Positions 13,964-28,954 of a stretch of 64,000 nt of DNA are shown here, in pieces. Source of the stretch: Eledone cirrhosa (taxonomy: Eukaryota); assembly GCA_964016885.1 (NCBI GenBank), contig OZ024741.1:118048001-118112000 (forward strand), read 5' to 3'. A model generated the notes under the pieces. It was given only the letters and a program-made list of their open reading frames with translations. It was not told the DNA's origin and did no database searches. Both the position numbers and the translations under genes were made by a program. Numbering within the stretch: position 1 is the stretch's first letter; every line of letters starts with the position of its first letter.

Positions 13964-14419
13964 CATCCCGGGTTCAATCGGGGATAACCACAGTAAGGTA
14001 CTCAATACAAATTCTTAATATAGAAATGGCTTCTACAGGACTAGAACTGTTTCATTCAAATGAAACAGTTTGAGTCATGTAGAAGCTATTTATATATATA
14101 TATCATCATCATCCATCATCCTCGTTTAGCATCCACTTTCCATGCTAGCATGGGTTAGATGGGAGTTGTCCCACTTGAGGCAAGGTTGGTCGGGTGACCG
14201 TGTCTCGCTTATATAGGACTATCTGGCAGGTTTTCTACGGCTGGATGCCCTTCCTAACACCAACCACATTTATATATATATATATATATATATAAATATA
14301 AATAAAGAGAAAGGGGTGGGGAGAGACAGGCTGTGGGGAAGAACTTGCTTGGAAAATACACAATCTCACATGAATACATTCATCTTTATATGTATTTATA
14401 TATATATATTAACATGCAA

Positions 14420-16337
14420 GGGGGCAAGTAGTAGTAGTAGTAGTATTAGTATTAGTAGTAGTGGTGGTAGTGGTAGTAGTAGTAAAGGTTTTAATGATAT
14501 TGGTGGTGGTAGTGGTGGTGGTGGTGGCTATGTATTGTGCTGTAGTTGTTGGTGTTATTCTTTAACCCCAGGTCAACCTTAATCAGTGAGACCTATAATC
14601 AATGCCATTCTAGCCAAGGCCATCCTCCCTTTTGAAGGATATCTTGGAAGTACACTATCTAATGTTTACTTTCTTTTTTCCAAGATGGTATGGTGTGGTT
14701 TGAGGGTGATTTGGCTACTCTTTCTAATAGAACAGGTGACCAGATTAAGGTAGTTCTTGTAAGTAATGATTGTTGAGGTATATGCAGTGATGGTAGTGGT
14801 GGTATTGGTGGTGGTGATAGTTTGGGTAGTGGAGGTATTAATAGTGATAGTGATAATATTAGTAGTAGTGATGGTGATAGTAGCTGTGGTATTGGTGATG
14901 GTGTTGGTGGTGGGGTTATTAAGGATGGTGTTAGTGGTGATGATGGCGATGATATTAGTGGCGGCAGTGGGGTGGTGATGGTAGTAATGGGTATGGTGAT
15001 GATGTTTGAGGTCGTGATGTTGATGATGTTGGAGTTGCAGTAGTGGTAGTAGTAGTAGTAATAGTAGTAGTAGTAGTGATGGTGGTGATGATAATTGCGA
15101 TTGTAGTGGTAGCAGTGGTGGTGATAATGTTTGTAGTTGTAGTAGTGGTGGTAGTGGTGATGATGATTGTGGTGGTGGTGATAATGTTTGTGGTAGTGGT
15201 GATGATGATTGTGGTAGTGGTGATGATGATTGTGGTGGTGGTGATGATGATTGTGGTGGTGGTGGTGGTAACAGTGATGGTGATAATGTTTGTGATTGTA
15301 GTAGTGGTGGTAGTGGTGGTGGTGGTAACAGTGATGGTGATAATGTTTGTGATTGTAGTAGTGGTGGTAGTGGTGGTGGTGGTAGCAGTGATGGTGATAA
15401 TGTTTGTGGTTGTAGTAGTGGTGGTAGTGGTGATGATGATTGTGGTGGTGGTAGTGGTAACAGTGATGGTGATAATGTTTGTGGTTGTAGTGGTGATGAT
15501 GATTGTGGTGGTGGGGTGGTAGCAGTGATGGTGATAATGTTTGTGGTTGTAGTAGTGGTGGTAGTGGTGATGATGATTGTGGTGGTGGTGGTGGTGGTAG
15601 CAGTGATGGTGATAATGTTTGTGGTTGTAGTAATGGTGGTAGTGGTGGTGGTGGTAACAGTGATGGTGATGATGATTGTGGTAGTGGTAGTGGTAGTGGT
15701 GATGATGTTTGTAGTTGCAGTAGTGGTAACAGTGATGTTTGTGGTTGCAGTAGTGGTGGTAGTGGTAATCGTGATTGTCATTGCAGTAGTGGTGGTAGTA
15801 GTAATAGTGGTGATGATGGTGATAACACATTAGATGCCATCTTGCTTGCCAAATATCAAGTACATTTGCACTTACTGGCTACAGATGCAGCAATAGGTGT
15901 AGTAGTAGTACTAGTAGTAGTAGTAGTAGATGTAGCAGTAGTAGTAGCAGCAACAGTAGTAGTAGTAGTAGTAGTAGTATTTACAGCAATAGTTGTAGTA
16001 TTAGCAGTAGTAGTAGTAGTAGTAACAGCAATAGTGGTAGTGGTGGTGGTGGTAGTAGTAGTAGTAACAGCAATAGGGTAGTGGTGGTGGTAGTATAACA
16101 GCAATAGGGTAGTGGTGGTGGTGGTAGTAGTAGTAGTAGTGGTAGTGGTAGTGGTAGTTGTAGCAGCAGTGTTGGTAGTAGTAGTAGTAGTAGCATTGCT
16201 AGAAACCCCAACACTAGTATGACATTACTAGTGTTACCAACATAGAAACATTATAGTGGTCGTGGAGGCACTGGGTAATACTAATAACAGTGGTAGTTAT
16301 TGTTAGGTGTGTTGCTATTGTTGTTTTAGTTGTTGTT

Positions 16338-16390
<53 letters not shown>

Positions 16391-16410
16391 TGTTACTGTT
16401 GTGGTAGTTG
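14420..16410. repeat. Long (GTA/GTG/GAT)n trinucleotide low-complexity region with internal duplications
   Basis: Read directly; it produces poly-T, poly-V and poly-H pseudo-ORFs in several frames. Confidence 0.9.
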
Positions 16411-19329
16411 TTGTTTTAGCAACAATAGCTTAGAATGTTTGGCTAAGATATTCCCAGTGGCACAAATAAAAAAACAACAAAGAAAACACATACTCACACG
16501 TACATACATACATACATACATACATACATACATACATACAAACATACATACATACATACATACATACATACACACACATACACACACAATGTTACTGCAC
16601 TAAACTATAGGTTGTTGATAGATATTTGGTCAATAACTTACGTTCTACATCTCTCATGTAGTCTACATTATCATCATCATCATCACCACCACCACCACCA
16701 TTATCATCGTCATCATTATCATCATCATCACCATTACTATATCATCATCATCATCAATATCATCATTATCATTATCATCATCATCAGCTCATCATTTTAC
16801 TTCTGCTTTCCTTGCTAGCATGGTTTTGATGGGTTATTGGGGTACAAGACTAGACAGGTTGAGTAAACCACATCTTACTCAAATGTTCCATATTTTAGCA
16901 TAGGCTCTATGACTGAATACTCTTCCTAATGCCAACCACTTTACAAAAAATATTGGGTGCTTTTTATTGTAGTACCAACATTACCACTTCAAAGAGTATA
17001 TTAGATGTATTTTTGATAGCACCAGTACTACCGTTTTTCAGAGTACACTGAGTGCATTTAATCATGGTACTAGCACTAAGGAGATCGTCATGTCATTTTG
17101 GGAATGGTTTCTATAGTTGGATGCCCTTCTTAATGCCAACAACTTCACCGTGTGTTGTTTGGCATGGTTTCTTCAGCTGGATGCCCTTCTCAATGCCAAT
17201 CACTACTTTACAGAGTATACAGATTCTTAGTTTTCTGAATTAGAATCTCAATATATAACTGGTAATTTATATTACTAAGCTCCGGAATGTTGAACAGCAA
17301 TTTTCACCTTAGATGTATTTCAGCTTAGAATATAAAATTCCCTCACTGAATACCACAAAATATTTTGTCTAACACAAATAATTCTGACAATCCACTCCCT
17401 TTACAGTCTGAGTTCAAATCCCGCCGAGGTTAACTTTGCCTTTCATCCTTACGGGGTCGATGAAATAAAGTACCAGTAATGTACTGGGTAATTGCTGGCC
17501 TTGTGCCTAAAGTAGAAACAATTATAATAGAGTAGTGTCAAGGGGATTAACTCTTTCGTTACCATATTTCTAATGAAGACCATTACCTATTATTTCCAAA
17601 TATTTTGGCTGGATTTAGTAATATAACTAACCATCTCATTATTAAGCTGCTGTTTGGAACATTACTTAATAAAGGTTTAGAAGGTTTTTAGATAAATACT
17701 TCAACCCTTTTGTCATTATATTTTTAAAGATGTACATTGTTTGTGATTTTAAAATAATTTTGAAAATAACCAAGAATTTGGAAGGATTTAGTAAAATAAT
17801 TAACCTTCTTATTAAGCAGTATTGGCAGAACATCAGACAACATGCTTTGCAGCATATAGTTATGTCCCTTCATGTTCTGAATTCAAATCCTGCTTAGGTT
17901 AGCTTTGCCTTTCATCCTTATGAGGTTGATAAAATAAAGTACCAGTACGCACTGGGGCCGATTTAATCGACTTTCTCCTCCCCCAAAATTGTTGGCCTTG
18001 TGCCTAAATGAGAAACCATTATCAAGCTGGTTTAGGGTGGTGGATTGGTAGAATCAGTAGAGCATCAGACAAAATGCCACATTGTAGTTGTCTGGGATCA
18101 AATTTCACTGAGGCCAACTTTGACTTTCATCCATCCAAAGTCAATAACATAAAGTAACATTCAAATACTAGGGTTGATTTAATTGACTTTCCCTTTCCTC
18201 AAAATCGCTGCTCTTCTGCTTAAATTAAAGACCATTATTCGAGGTCCATATATAAAAATATGATGAAAAGTTTTATTAGATAAATATAAACCCTTTAAAA
18301 TATTTTTACAGTTTTGTATCATAACACTTTATTTCACATTGCTCCAGTACATTCAGCTGAGAATGAGTACCAGCAGTAGCTAGGAAGTTAATCCTGGGGT
18401 AGACCAGCATCCCGTCCAGAGAGAGTCTTGTACTCGCTTAACACTAAGGAAACCAGGGATAAGTACTGGCTTGATGACGTCAGCTTAGAACAGACTTTAA
18501 CAAGCTAACTTTGTATCATAAAACCAGAAGTGGGCTTAAGCTGTTTGGCATCAAAAGGCTTAATCCTTTAGCATTTACATTACTCTATATATACTATTAT
18601 ATTTTCACGGTAAGGGCTTTACCCTACATAATTATCTCACATAATATTGAATCTATGAGATTTTGATATTATTTATTTTGAGAACAATACCTTAACATCA
18701 GTATGAATGGCCAGTGACAGCCAGTTTGAACAGAAAGAAGTGAGAGAATTCTGGCTGGATGCAGCCGGGTTAAATGCTAAAGGGTTAAATCTTTGGGATA
18801 GGGGCTGGGGTTAGTTCAAATCCTGTCTGTCAAAGTCAAACTTCACTAAACTACTTGAAAATGGAATGAATGTCACATATTCTCATTTTATTCAATCTCA
18901 AGCTAGATTCCCATTTTTCATTCATTTTCTCTGTTTCATTCCACTTTCTATCATCTTTCATCATTCTTTGTTTTTGTTTTTCTTTTGTTTCCTTCTTTTA
19001 GCTATATTCTTTCTTGTTTTCTTTACATTATTTGTTGATTGGCAGTATCGGTAGAGGGTCGGACGCCATGTTTTGCAGCACAGTTACGTCCCTTTACGGA
19101 CTGAGTTCAAATCCCGCCCAGGTTAACTTTGCTTTTCATCCTTACGGGGTCGATAAAATAAAGTACCACAAATACACTGGGATAATTGCTGGCCTTGTGC
19201 CAAAAAGTAGAAACAATTATTTCCATTCCATTCTGCTTTTATCTCCCTCCTTCATTTTCTTTCTTCTACTCCTGTTGATGCTGTTCCATCTTTTCAGTTC
19301 TCTTCCTAAACATTTCATTCCTTACATTT

Positions 19330-19605
19330 CTACTAATACTACTACTACCTGCACCACTACTACAACCACTACTACTACAACCACCACAGCTACTACCACC
19401 ACCACCACCAATACTACTACTACCACCACCACTACTATTATCACCACAACCACTACTATTATCACCACAACCACTACTACTACTACCACCACCCCCACTA
19501 CTACTACTCGAACTACTACTACCTGCCCCACCACTGCTACTACCACAACTACCACTACCACTACCACCAACACAATTACTACCACCACCACCACCACTAC
19601 CTTTA
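19330..19605. repeat. (ACT/ACC)n low-complexity tract
   Basis: Read directly from the sequence. Confidence 0.9.
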
Positions 19606-20155
19606 TCGTGACCTTTTATCATCCAGCCCAGTTCTTCAGTTAAATAAATTACATTACATTCTTAACTGTAATGTAAAACATTCTCAATGTCTTAAATCAA
19701 TCAATGAATTATCAATTATATTTATTTATTTACATTTTCTAAAAATATTTATAAACATAAAATTTGTTTATTGATGTGTATTGCTAATAAAGACACATGG
19801 CTTCGTGGTTAGAGAATTCAATTCACAATCATGAGGTTGCGAGATCAATTCCGGGACTGAGCAATGAATTATGTCCTTGGGCAAGACACTTTATTTCATG
19901 TTGCTATCAGACATGCGTTGTGGCATATAGTTACATCTCTTTACGTTCTGAGTTCAAATCTCGCCACGGTTAGCTTTGCCTTTCATTCTTACAGAATCAA
20001 TAAAATAAAGTACCAGTAATGCACTGGGGTCGATTTAATCACCCCCCCTCCTATTGTAGGCCTTGTGTCTAAATCAGAAACCATTATCTATATATATAAA
20101 GTACCAGTAATGCACTGGTTAATTGCTGGCCTTGTGTCTAAATCAGAAACCATTA

Positions 20156-20783
20156 TCTATATATATATATAACTGAGGATGTCTGTCTGTGAGTTCGAAT
20201 CCCTAAAACTCGAGAAGTACCCAACCAATTTTTTTCAAACTTTACATGTGTATTACTTATGTTTCAGGGAGTGTTATGCACATAAAAAAATTCAACGTTT
20301 TGATCGCCTAGGGCCTGCATTAGGTGAAAAACTGCGTTTTTTAAGCTTTTTAGGGGTTTTTTGAGGTGTTACGTCAGACCGATTTCCTTCAAATTGTAAC
20401 TATGTATTAGTCAGTCTCTTCTTCATACCGTAAGCAAAGAAAATCCAACTTTTTTTATGGCCTAGGGCCAGCATTAGGTGAAAAACATCAATTTTTCAGC
20501 TTTTTAGGGCTTTTTTGAGGTTCTAGCCTATTTTCCCGATATTTCAAGGCATATTATGCACATAAAAAAATTAATTTTCTTGATCCCCTAGGGCCCGCAT
20601 TAGGTGAAAACCTGCATTTTTCCTGCTTCATCGAGGAAAATCTTAAAGATTATCCAGCCATCAGAATATTCAGTTTATTTTCTTTACATAATGTCCAGGC
20701 ATGCAGTTTTTCCACGATTAGGTCTGTTGGCGGCCTGCGTTCCAAAATACTTTATCCCGTGCAACGCCGGGTACCACTGCTAG
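20156..20783 (+). mobile_element. Non-autonomous Helitron
   Basis: A|TCTATATA start, 3' hairpin CCCGTGCAACGCCGGG and CTAG|T end. It sits between A and T with no TSD and has three internal CTAGGGCCnGCATTAGGTGAAAA repeats. Confidence 0.85.
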
Positions 20784-20970
20784 TATTATATATTTTTCTA
20801 CTTCATTTTATTATATAAATGAAGAGAAAAAAGGCCCTTGACTGCCTTCAAGCATACAGGATATTTATGAATAAGAATCCCTTCATTGTTTCATCCCAAG
20901 ATACATCAAGGTGACTTTTGGTAAAAGACATAGGGAGTCTCTAATTCTTTCCCTATTATGTGGAATGTTA

Positions 20971-21420
20971 TGCAGGTTTAGCTGGCCTCTTATAAAGTTG
21001 CAAGTCATAAGGAGGTTTCATGTGTGTTTTAATGATGGGGTGTCAGTGTTGTTACAGCTCACACCTGTGCAGGTTTAGCTGGCCTCCTATTAGGTTGCAA
21101 GTCATAGGAAGGTTTCATGGGTGTTTTAATGATAGGGATGTCAATCTTACAGCTGACACCTGTACAGCTTTAGCTGGCCTCCTATTAGGTTGCATCTCAT
21201 AAAGAGGTTTCATGTGTGTTTTAATGATAGGGGTGTCAGTGTTGTTACAGCCCACACCTGTACAGGTTTAGCTGGCCTCATAAGGGTTGTATCTCATGAG
21301 GAGGGTTCTTGGGTGTTTTAATGATAGGGGTGTCAGTGTTGTTACAGCCCACACCTGTACAGGTTTAGCTGGCCTCATAAGGGTTGTATCTCATAAAGAG
21401 GTTGCTTGTGTTTTAATGAT
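20971..21420. repeat. ~97-bp minisatellite, about 4.6 copies
   Basis: CAGGTTTAGCTGGCCTC recurs at about 20973, 21070, 21164, 21263 and 21360. Confidence 0.9.
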
Positions 21421-21536
21421 CAAGCCATTGTACCTCAATTGAAAATCATAATAATTATTATTTATATTTTTATTAATATAATTGTTATTGTTGTTTATTG
21501 TTAATATGATATTATTATTTTTTATTTCTTTTGTAG

Positions 21537-21707
21537 GTTGCTGCCAGAGAACAATGTGAGTTGATGCAGTGGTGTGTGCTGGACTGGAATCAATTGGCAA
21601 TTGATTTTTACAAACGATTTGGTGCCACTGATATCACTAAAGATGTCGGAGAACTTTTCAGACTTAGCCACAACCAACTGAAGGAAATTGCTTCTAAAAT
21701 TCCTTAA
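21537..21707 (+). CDS. SSAT terminal coding exon
   Basis: Acceptor ttttgtag|. Reads VAAREQCELMQWCVLDWNQLAIDFYKRFGATDITKDVGELFRLSHNQLKEIASKIP-stop, with the SSAT motif VxxWNxxAIxFYKxxGA, in frame with the 6186-6328 exon. Confidence 0.95.
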   Translation, partial: VAAREQCELMQWCVLDWNQLAIDFYKRFGATDITKDVGELFRLSHNQLKEIASKIP

Positions 21708-22266
21708 CTACTGCCATTCTAGAAAAAAAATAAGAATAAAAATAAAACAAAAATGAAGTGTTAAAAACAATAAAAAAAATACAAAAATTAACCCCCCAAA
21801 AATATATTAAAAAAAAAATATATATATATATATATAAGACCAAGAACATTTAGTATTTTAAAAGGGAATTGGAAACACAAGAATGAAAAGAATAAGATAC
21901 AGTTTTAAAAAAAAGGAAAATGTCAGTTATCCCTGATTCTTTATTTTGTTTTATTTTATTTTTAAATTTCTCCATTAATCTCATAATCTCTTTGTTTTGT
22001 TTGGTTTGGTTTGGTTTTTCTTTTGTTTTTATTGATTATTTAATTACTTAATGTAAGGATATATATATGTGTGTATACATATATTTATATGTGTCTATAT
22101 ATATATAGACACACAGATACAATTCAACCGATTTCGTCCTTTTCTTCTTGTTAGGTTGTATGTCGTTTAAATCAGCAATCATTTGATTGGACATTCTAAC
22201 CACCATACCAGCCTAGCATTTTAACTGAGATGCAACCTAAGGAAAGGATAAGGACGAAATTTCTAT

Positions 22267-22333
<67 letters not shown>

Positions 22334-25300
22334 CACAAGAAGCATGTGTGTTTAAAAGACAGTTGTGAGTGACATTTAAAACATTGAAATAGAGGCTTTA
22401 ACCATACTTTTGCCTACAGAAAATAGTCTAATAGCAGGACATAATCCCCTTTAATGGAAGAAAATGGGTGAAAGTTGAACCCATACCTCTTGATGTCCAC
22501 TTCTTTCCTTGTTATTAAACTATTTTCTATAGTGAAAAGTATGGTGAAAGCTTCTAATTCAATTTTCATATATATATATTCACACATACACACACAAATA
22601 TATATATATACACATAGAAAGTGGGTGAAGATGTTAGGTGAAAGAGGAAGAGAGAGTGTGTGTGTGTAAGAGAGAAAAAGGGAGAGGGATGTATATAGAA
22701 AATCAAAATTAATAAATAAAAAATATCAGAGAGAGATGAATCTGGTTCCTGTCTGCTTAATGATAAATCTAGTTCTTTTTCAGTAGATTGATTGATCAAT
22801 TCTACAGACTACAGACAGTAGCACCAGACTATAGTTGGGTGGGTAGATGGCTGGCTATATGGATGGTTGCGTGGTTAGATTGCTGGCTGGCTTGGTAGCT
22901 GGTTGGATGGTTGAGTGGATGGGTGGATAACTGGGTGACTAGGTGGTGTGAAGGTTAGCTATTTTAGCTAGAATATTCTTGCACAAGAAGTGAAGACACA
23001 TTACTTAGTAGTTAAGGTGTTCAGCTCATAACCATAAGTTGTGAGTTCAATTTCCTGTGGTTTGTTGTGACCTTGTACAAGATGCTTTATTTCATGTTGC
23101 TGCAGTCCAGTAAACTGAGGAAAATGTGTGTGTTGTACCTATAATTCAAAGGAAAGGGTCAGTCTTGTCACACACTGTGTCATGTTAAGTCTCCTAGAGA
23201 ACTATATGAAGGGTACATGTGTGTGTGGCATGTTCAGCCATATTCACATTGATGTTTTGAGCAGACTGTTTCATTGATAATACTGGAACATACATCATCC
23301 TGAAGTGACAGAGCTCCAACACACACACAATAGATTAGGTAAAGAATAGGTAGATGGGCTGATTATGTGATAAAGAACTAATTGTTTGTTTTTTTAAGGT
23401 GAAGTGTGTTTTTTGTTTGTTATTTTCATTATGTGCCTGGAATATTGTCATGAATTTTTAATATTTTAATATTAAGCACTGACACATTGGCCTCAGAGAT
23501 TAAGTCTTTGAATTCCTCATTCACCACATTCCTGTGAATTCCTTCCTTCCAGACTTGTCTCTGTTACCTGGAGTTAAAGAGTTAGGCCGCCACGTAGAAT
23601 AAAATTGCTGTTTTGATTTTGTTTCCTTTTTTTATCTTTTTTTATGAGAAATTTTATTTGTTCTGAACAAATGTATTGCAACAAAAAGAAAAATGAAAAG
23701 CAAAAATCTAATTTTTTTTTTCTGCTTTTATTTTTTCTTCCATTTTTCCCTTTTTTATTTTTTATTTTCTTTAATTCCTCCAATGAGACAATTTTTTAAT
23801 GAAAAATAAAATGGCAATTTTTTTTAATGGACTTCCATGAAGGGTGCCTACTGTTGGGTTAGAAACCTTGAACCTGTTGACTTAAATTTTGATTCAATGG
23901 GATGATGTCTTAATAAACTTTTTCAATGATACCTGCTCTCGCAGAGTAGTAATTATTAATTCAATCAATAATATAGATCCTTAATTACCATTTATAATTA
24001 TATAATTGATCATAAGTTAGATATGGGAACTATTCAGTTAGTATTTAAAAAAATTGTTTGTAATAGCTGTTAACAACTCTATCTTTGTATTCTTTGAGAA
24101 AATAGCGGAATTACATAGTTTAATATTAGCATTAATCTTAGAGTGGTGAGCACTGTATTGTAAAAAAAAAAATGGAAAAGTAAACTCATTTGCTAGCCAA
24201 GTATATAACTGGTATCAAATCCTAGTTGAAGACACTATTGTTTTGATTTTTCCTTCATTTTTTCTCATCATTTATGTTGTTAGTTACTTTTGAGAAATAG
24301 CCAAGCAGATACAGTCTTTGACTACCAGTTCATATTTACTGTGGTAGGTATTATTTTATTGCCTATTTCTTGGACAGTATTATTCATTCTACAAACCTCA
24401 GCTAATCTAACTGACAGGAATAGGTGTCAGATGGTCTGTTACCTGCAGTGGATGGTAGTGGAGGACATTAGCATCCTATCCAGAAGGACTTTGTGGCTTG
24501 TAACGTTTCCTTCTTGCAAACCTTTTAAAAAATTGTTTTTCTTTCTCCACTACAAAGTGCACATACTGTAAGAGTTTTACTTGCAGATAAAAACTAACTA
24601 ACTTACACTGATTCACCAATTTCTATAATCAATCAATATTAATCAACTAATATTCTAATCAATATTAATCAATATTAATATATTAATTAGCAGGGCAGTG
24701 AGTTGGCAGAAATATTAGAGTGCACCTAACTACATGCATTACACTGTTTAGTTTCAACCTTCGCCATATCAAATTTCAAAATTTCTCTCATGCCAAGGTT
24801 CACTTTGCCTTTTTAATCCATCCTGGGTCAATAACAGAAGTACCAGTAATATACTAAGGGTTATTCACTTGATTATGTCCCCTTTATTTCAACATTTGGC
24901 CCTTGTTGTGCCTATTCCTTAGAAACTATGATAACTCACCTAATATACCACATAAAAATTCTATTAAACAGAACATCTTTAAAAAATCTTTCTTTCATTT
25001 TTTAAAACTTTTTCCTTTTAATTCTGGCCTTTTTATTTATATATTTATTTATTTATTTCAAACCCCACCTGGAGTCAACTTCACCTTTTACCTTTGATAA
25101 AATAAAATACCAGTCAAGTACTAGGGTCGGTTTACTATTCTTTATAAATCATTGTACATGTGACTGATAGAAGAAAGACTAACAGACAAGTTAGTATGTT
25201 CTAATTCTCTTATACATCCATCCCTGTTATTTAGAATGCTAGCATCATTAAAGTTAATGATGAGTCTTAAAATTAAGATTCATCAGATATCTTCCACTAA

Positions 25301-25906
25301 ATATCCATCTCAAACGAGACATCCAGTTGATTTTGTTTTTTATTTTAATATATGGTGAAAAATTACAAAATAAAAACAGCAACAGAAAACAATGTATTTC
25401 AATGATGGGGACACAGCATGGCCAAATGGTTAAGAAGTTAATTTCGCAACCATTAGCTCCTGGGTTCAATCCCACTGCATGAGATCTTGAGCAAGTCTCA
25501 TTTACCATATCCTCAGTTCGACCTATGACTTGTGAGTAAAATTGGGTAGGCTGAAACTGTATAGAAGCCCATCAGATGAACTCTACCTGGAATTCAAAGG
25601 GCCAGCCTTGTCATGCTGAATCTCCCAGAGAATTAATTACATTAAGGGTACACATGCCTGTGGAATACTCGACCACTTGATTATTAGTTTCATGAGCATG
25701 CTGTTCCATTGATTGACTAACTGGAACAAAGTTGAAACCAATAGAGATCCATTCCATATGAACTGAATGGTCATATGACATTAAGGCAAAAATAAAAACA
25801 GAAACAAAAAAACACATGTTCAAGCAACTACTTTTTATGCGATGTTATCAAGGGAGAATATCAAAATGTCAAGCAGTGTTTCTTATTGCATTGTTTTTTT
25901 CCCCCT

Positions 25907-26035
25907 CATAGTACTGTAAACTCTCTATTACAATACTCCATAGTACAGTAAACCCCCTACTTCAATATCCCATAGTACTGTAAACCCCCTACTTTAATAC
26001 TCCATAGTACTGTAAGCCTTCTATTTCAACACTAA
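25907..26035. repeat. 32-bp minisatellite (CATAGTACTGTAAACCCCCTACTTTAATACTC), four copies, decaying further to about 26200
   Basis: Units start at 25907, 25939, 25971 and 26003. Confidence 0.8.
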
Positions 26036-28954
26036 GTAGAATGGCATATTTTCTGTTATAGTGCACATTAATATTACATACTCCCTATTGCAATATCTCA
26101 TATTAGAACTATACTCTTTTCTACTACAATACTCACTATTGAATACTCACTAATATTGTATACTCCCTTCTACTACAATACTCAGTAGTACTGTCACTCT
26201 TTGGTAGTATTGTAAACATATTTAAATATTCATCAGTAATGGCTTTTGCTCAGTTGTATTTATGATAATAATATGAGGGCTAGCATGGATCTCCCTGAGC
26301 TCTATTACTTTTCTGATTCCAACTCAATGTTTTTGGTATTCGTTCCAATTTAACTATTTAGAATATAACAATTTTACTGACTTAAAACCAACTCTCTTCT
26401 TCATTTATGTAACCATTCCTTAACGTTTTTTTTTTTTTATATTTTTATTTTATATTTTTTATTACTTATTTATCAAATATATAGATACTTTCCATTGAGC
26501 TATCATTTCTCTCCTTTTTCCCCAACAGTTATCAGGAAATATGCATTATGCCAAATGTATCTCCATTAAAGTGATTATATCTATCATATATCCATTGTAA
26601 CAGGATAGTTCTTTCTTTTCCTTTTTTTTGTTTTGTTTTATTTTTATTTTACAACTTTCTCTTGAAAAATTCATTAACATTTTCAAACATTCAATAATTT
26701 TATCATTGTTTTCTTTTCTCTTTTGGGATTGTTAAGAATAAACAATAAACATTATTAAATTAATAAACATTATTAAATTAAAAATTTAATTAAGACCCCC
26801 CCCCCCCCCAAAAAAAATATATATATATATATACCTTTCTAAGTATTTCAGTGAAAATGGTAAAATGGAGAATGTTTATGGACTTCCAGCTGGGGAATAG
26901 CTGCTATCTATAACATAACTTTTCTGTATTTAAAATATAGCTATAGATTTTATACTAGGGTATATCAAAGTTAGGGAAAATGTTCTGTTTCTTTATTATT
27001 ATAACCAGGGTGGTTGATAGACAGAATCGCTAAAAGTTTTGGAAGAAATGCTTTATTCTAGCTTTTTACATTCTGAGTCCAAATCCCACCAAGATCAATG
27101 TTGCCTTTCATCCTTAAGGGGTCAGTCAATAAAGTACCAGTAATGCACTGGATTCGATTTAATCGACTTTCCCCTCCCCAAAAATTGTTGGCCTTGTGCC
27201 TAAACCAAAAACCATTATTATTTGGTTAATGAGAACAGTGGATTGGCAGGATTGTTAGTACTTGAGATGAAATGCGTTGCAGTATTTCATTACGACCTGC
27301 TATTCTCTGGTTTCAAATCCCACCAAGGTCAACTTTGCCTTTTATCTTTCCAGGGTTGATAAAATAAAGTACCAGTAAGATACCGGGTTCGATATAATTG
27401 AACCCCCCCATCACACATCACATATCACATACACAAATGTCTGACCTTGTACCTAAATTAGAAATCATTATTATTTGGTTAACGAATACATTTCATAACT
27501 CTTGTGGCTAATTTTGTTATTTCATTCAAAGGGATTTATAAATAAATCCTAAATATTTTCTAAATTACAATTCTTTATTTCTAAGGTTCCTGTTTGACTC
27601 TGTTCTCCATAGTGTCAAGTGAAAATCCACTCTTAGTCTGTTGCAGCTTTTCTCGTCAAAAGAACTAAATACAACACTGCAAGCCAAAGAAAGAAAAGAC
27701 ACATCAATTTGACACTTGCTGTAGTTTACAACAGGAAAAATTATACCACCTCTGGTACTCAATCATTTACAAGTTAGGTGGACTTGGGCATTCATTCAAA
27801 AACTAAGTGGATACACAATACTAAGACAGGATACAATTCGCTGAACCCCTTGGTCAGTCGTCCATGTAACCTATAAACTTCAGCACGAACATACAAAAAA
27901 AATAAACAACTATAACAGCCAAAAAACATCTGAATGAAACACAAAAAAAATCAACTGTAACAAGATTTAAAAGAAAACATCCCCTCTCCACCAAAATGAA
28001 AACATTTCTTTAACAATATCACGGAATTTTTTTCTATTAAAATAATTAAAGTGAAAAATCAAAACTGCTCCATATTATTATTGATTTCGTTTTTGTTTGT
28101 TTTAGGTACAAAACCAATTTTTATAATTGACAAAGGGAAATACCTGATTCAACTATGTCCAGTATATTATCTCTAAAAGGTGACAAATTGATTGAGTCAT
28201 TAAAGTACCAGGTGACACAATCTCGATATTCAATGGCGTGCGAAAAATGGTGCTCTATCGTTAGAAAGTAAATTTAATGCAGCCATGTATACGCAAGAGA
28301 AGAGTGGATTTGAACTTAGCACCGAAAGATAAGGAAATGGTCGTCAATTATACATTTTCCCACGAACTGTAACACGTTATTTTCTTAGTGATGTCTTATT
28401 TATTGTTATGTCAAGTCATTGAGAGTTACCTGCTCCTTGACAACGTTATACAGCATTGCTTCAATGGTCTGTTTACAACTTTCGCCTTGAAAATAATTTT
28501 GTAAAAAAAAATACATTTAAATAAATAGTAATTAGAAAGGATAAAACAAAAACAGGAGATTGTGTTAGTGCTGTAGAATTCAATTTACTTTATTGGCGTT
28601 ACTGAATACGGTCGGTTCGTTCGTAATATAGAAACACAAGTTCTAAGGGAATTAACTCTTTCATTTGCAACCGATTCAATACTGCTGCACAGACTTACCA
28701 TATATATATATAGATACACAGGATGTACCCCCCCCTCCCCCCCAAAATGTATACAGATATTTATTAGAATGCTGTTGAAGTGTGTATATATTTTGGAGGG
28801 ACACCCTGTGTGTATGTATATATATATTCAGGAGGACTGAATCTTTTCATATTACCCACTCTACTTCCCCAGGTATCGAATACTCTGGCGGGTTGTGGTC
28901 CACCTGGTATATATATATATATAGTGACGAAACATAAGTCAATTGCATGAACTC

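Noticed and set aside
14666-16104. Long Thr/Val/His-rich ORFs resembling mucins
   Set aside because: They are open in several frames on both strands because of trinucleotide repeats, lie inside an SSAT intron and have no splice support.
21708-26770. Long SSAT 3' UTR ending at the AATAAA cluster near 26740
   Set aside because: AATAAA is common in this AT-rich DNA (one lies at about 21736), so the end cannot be placed without transcripts.
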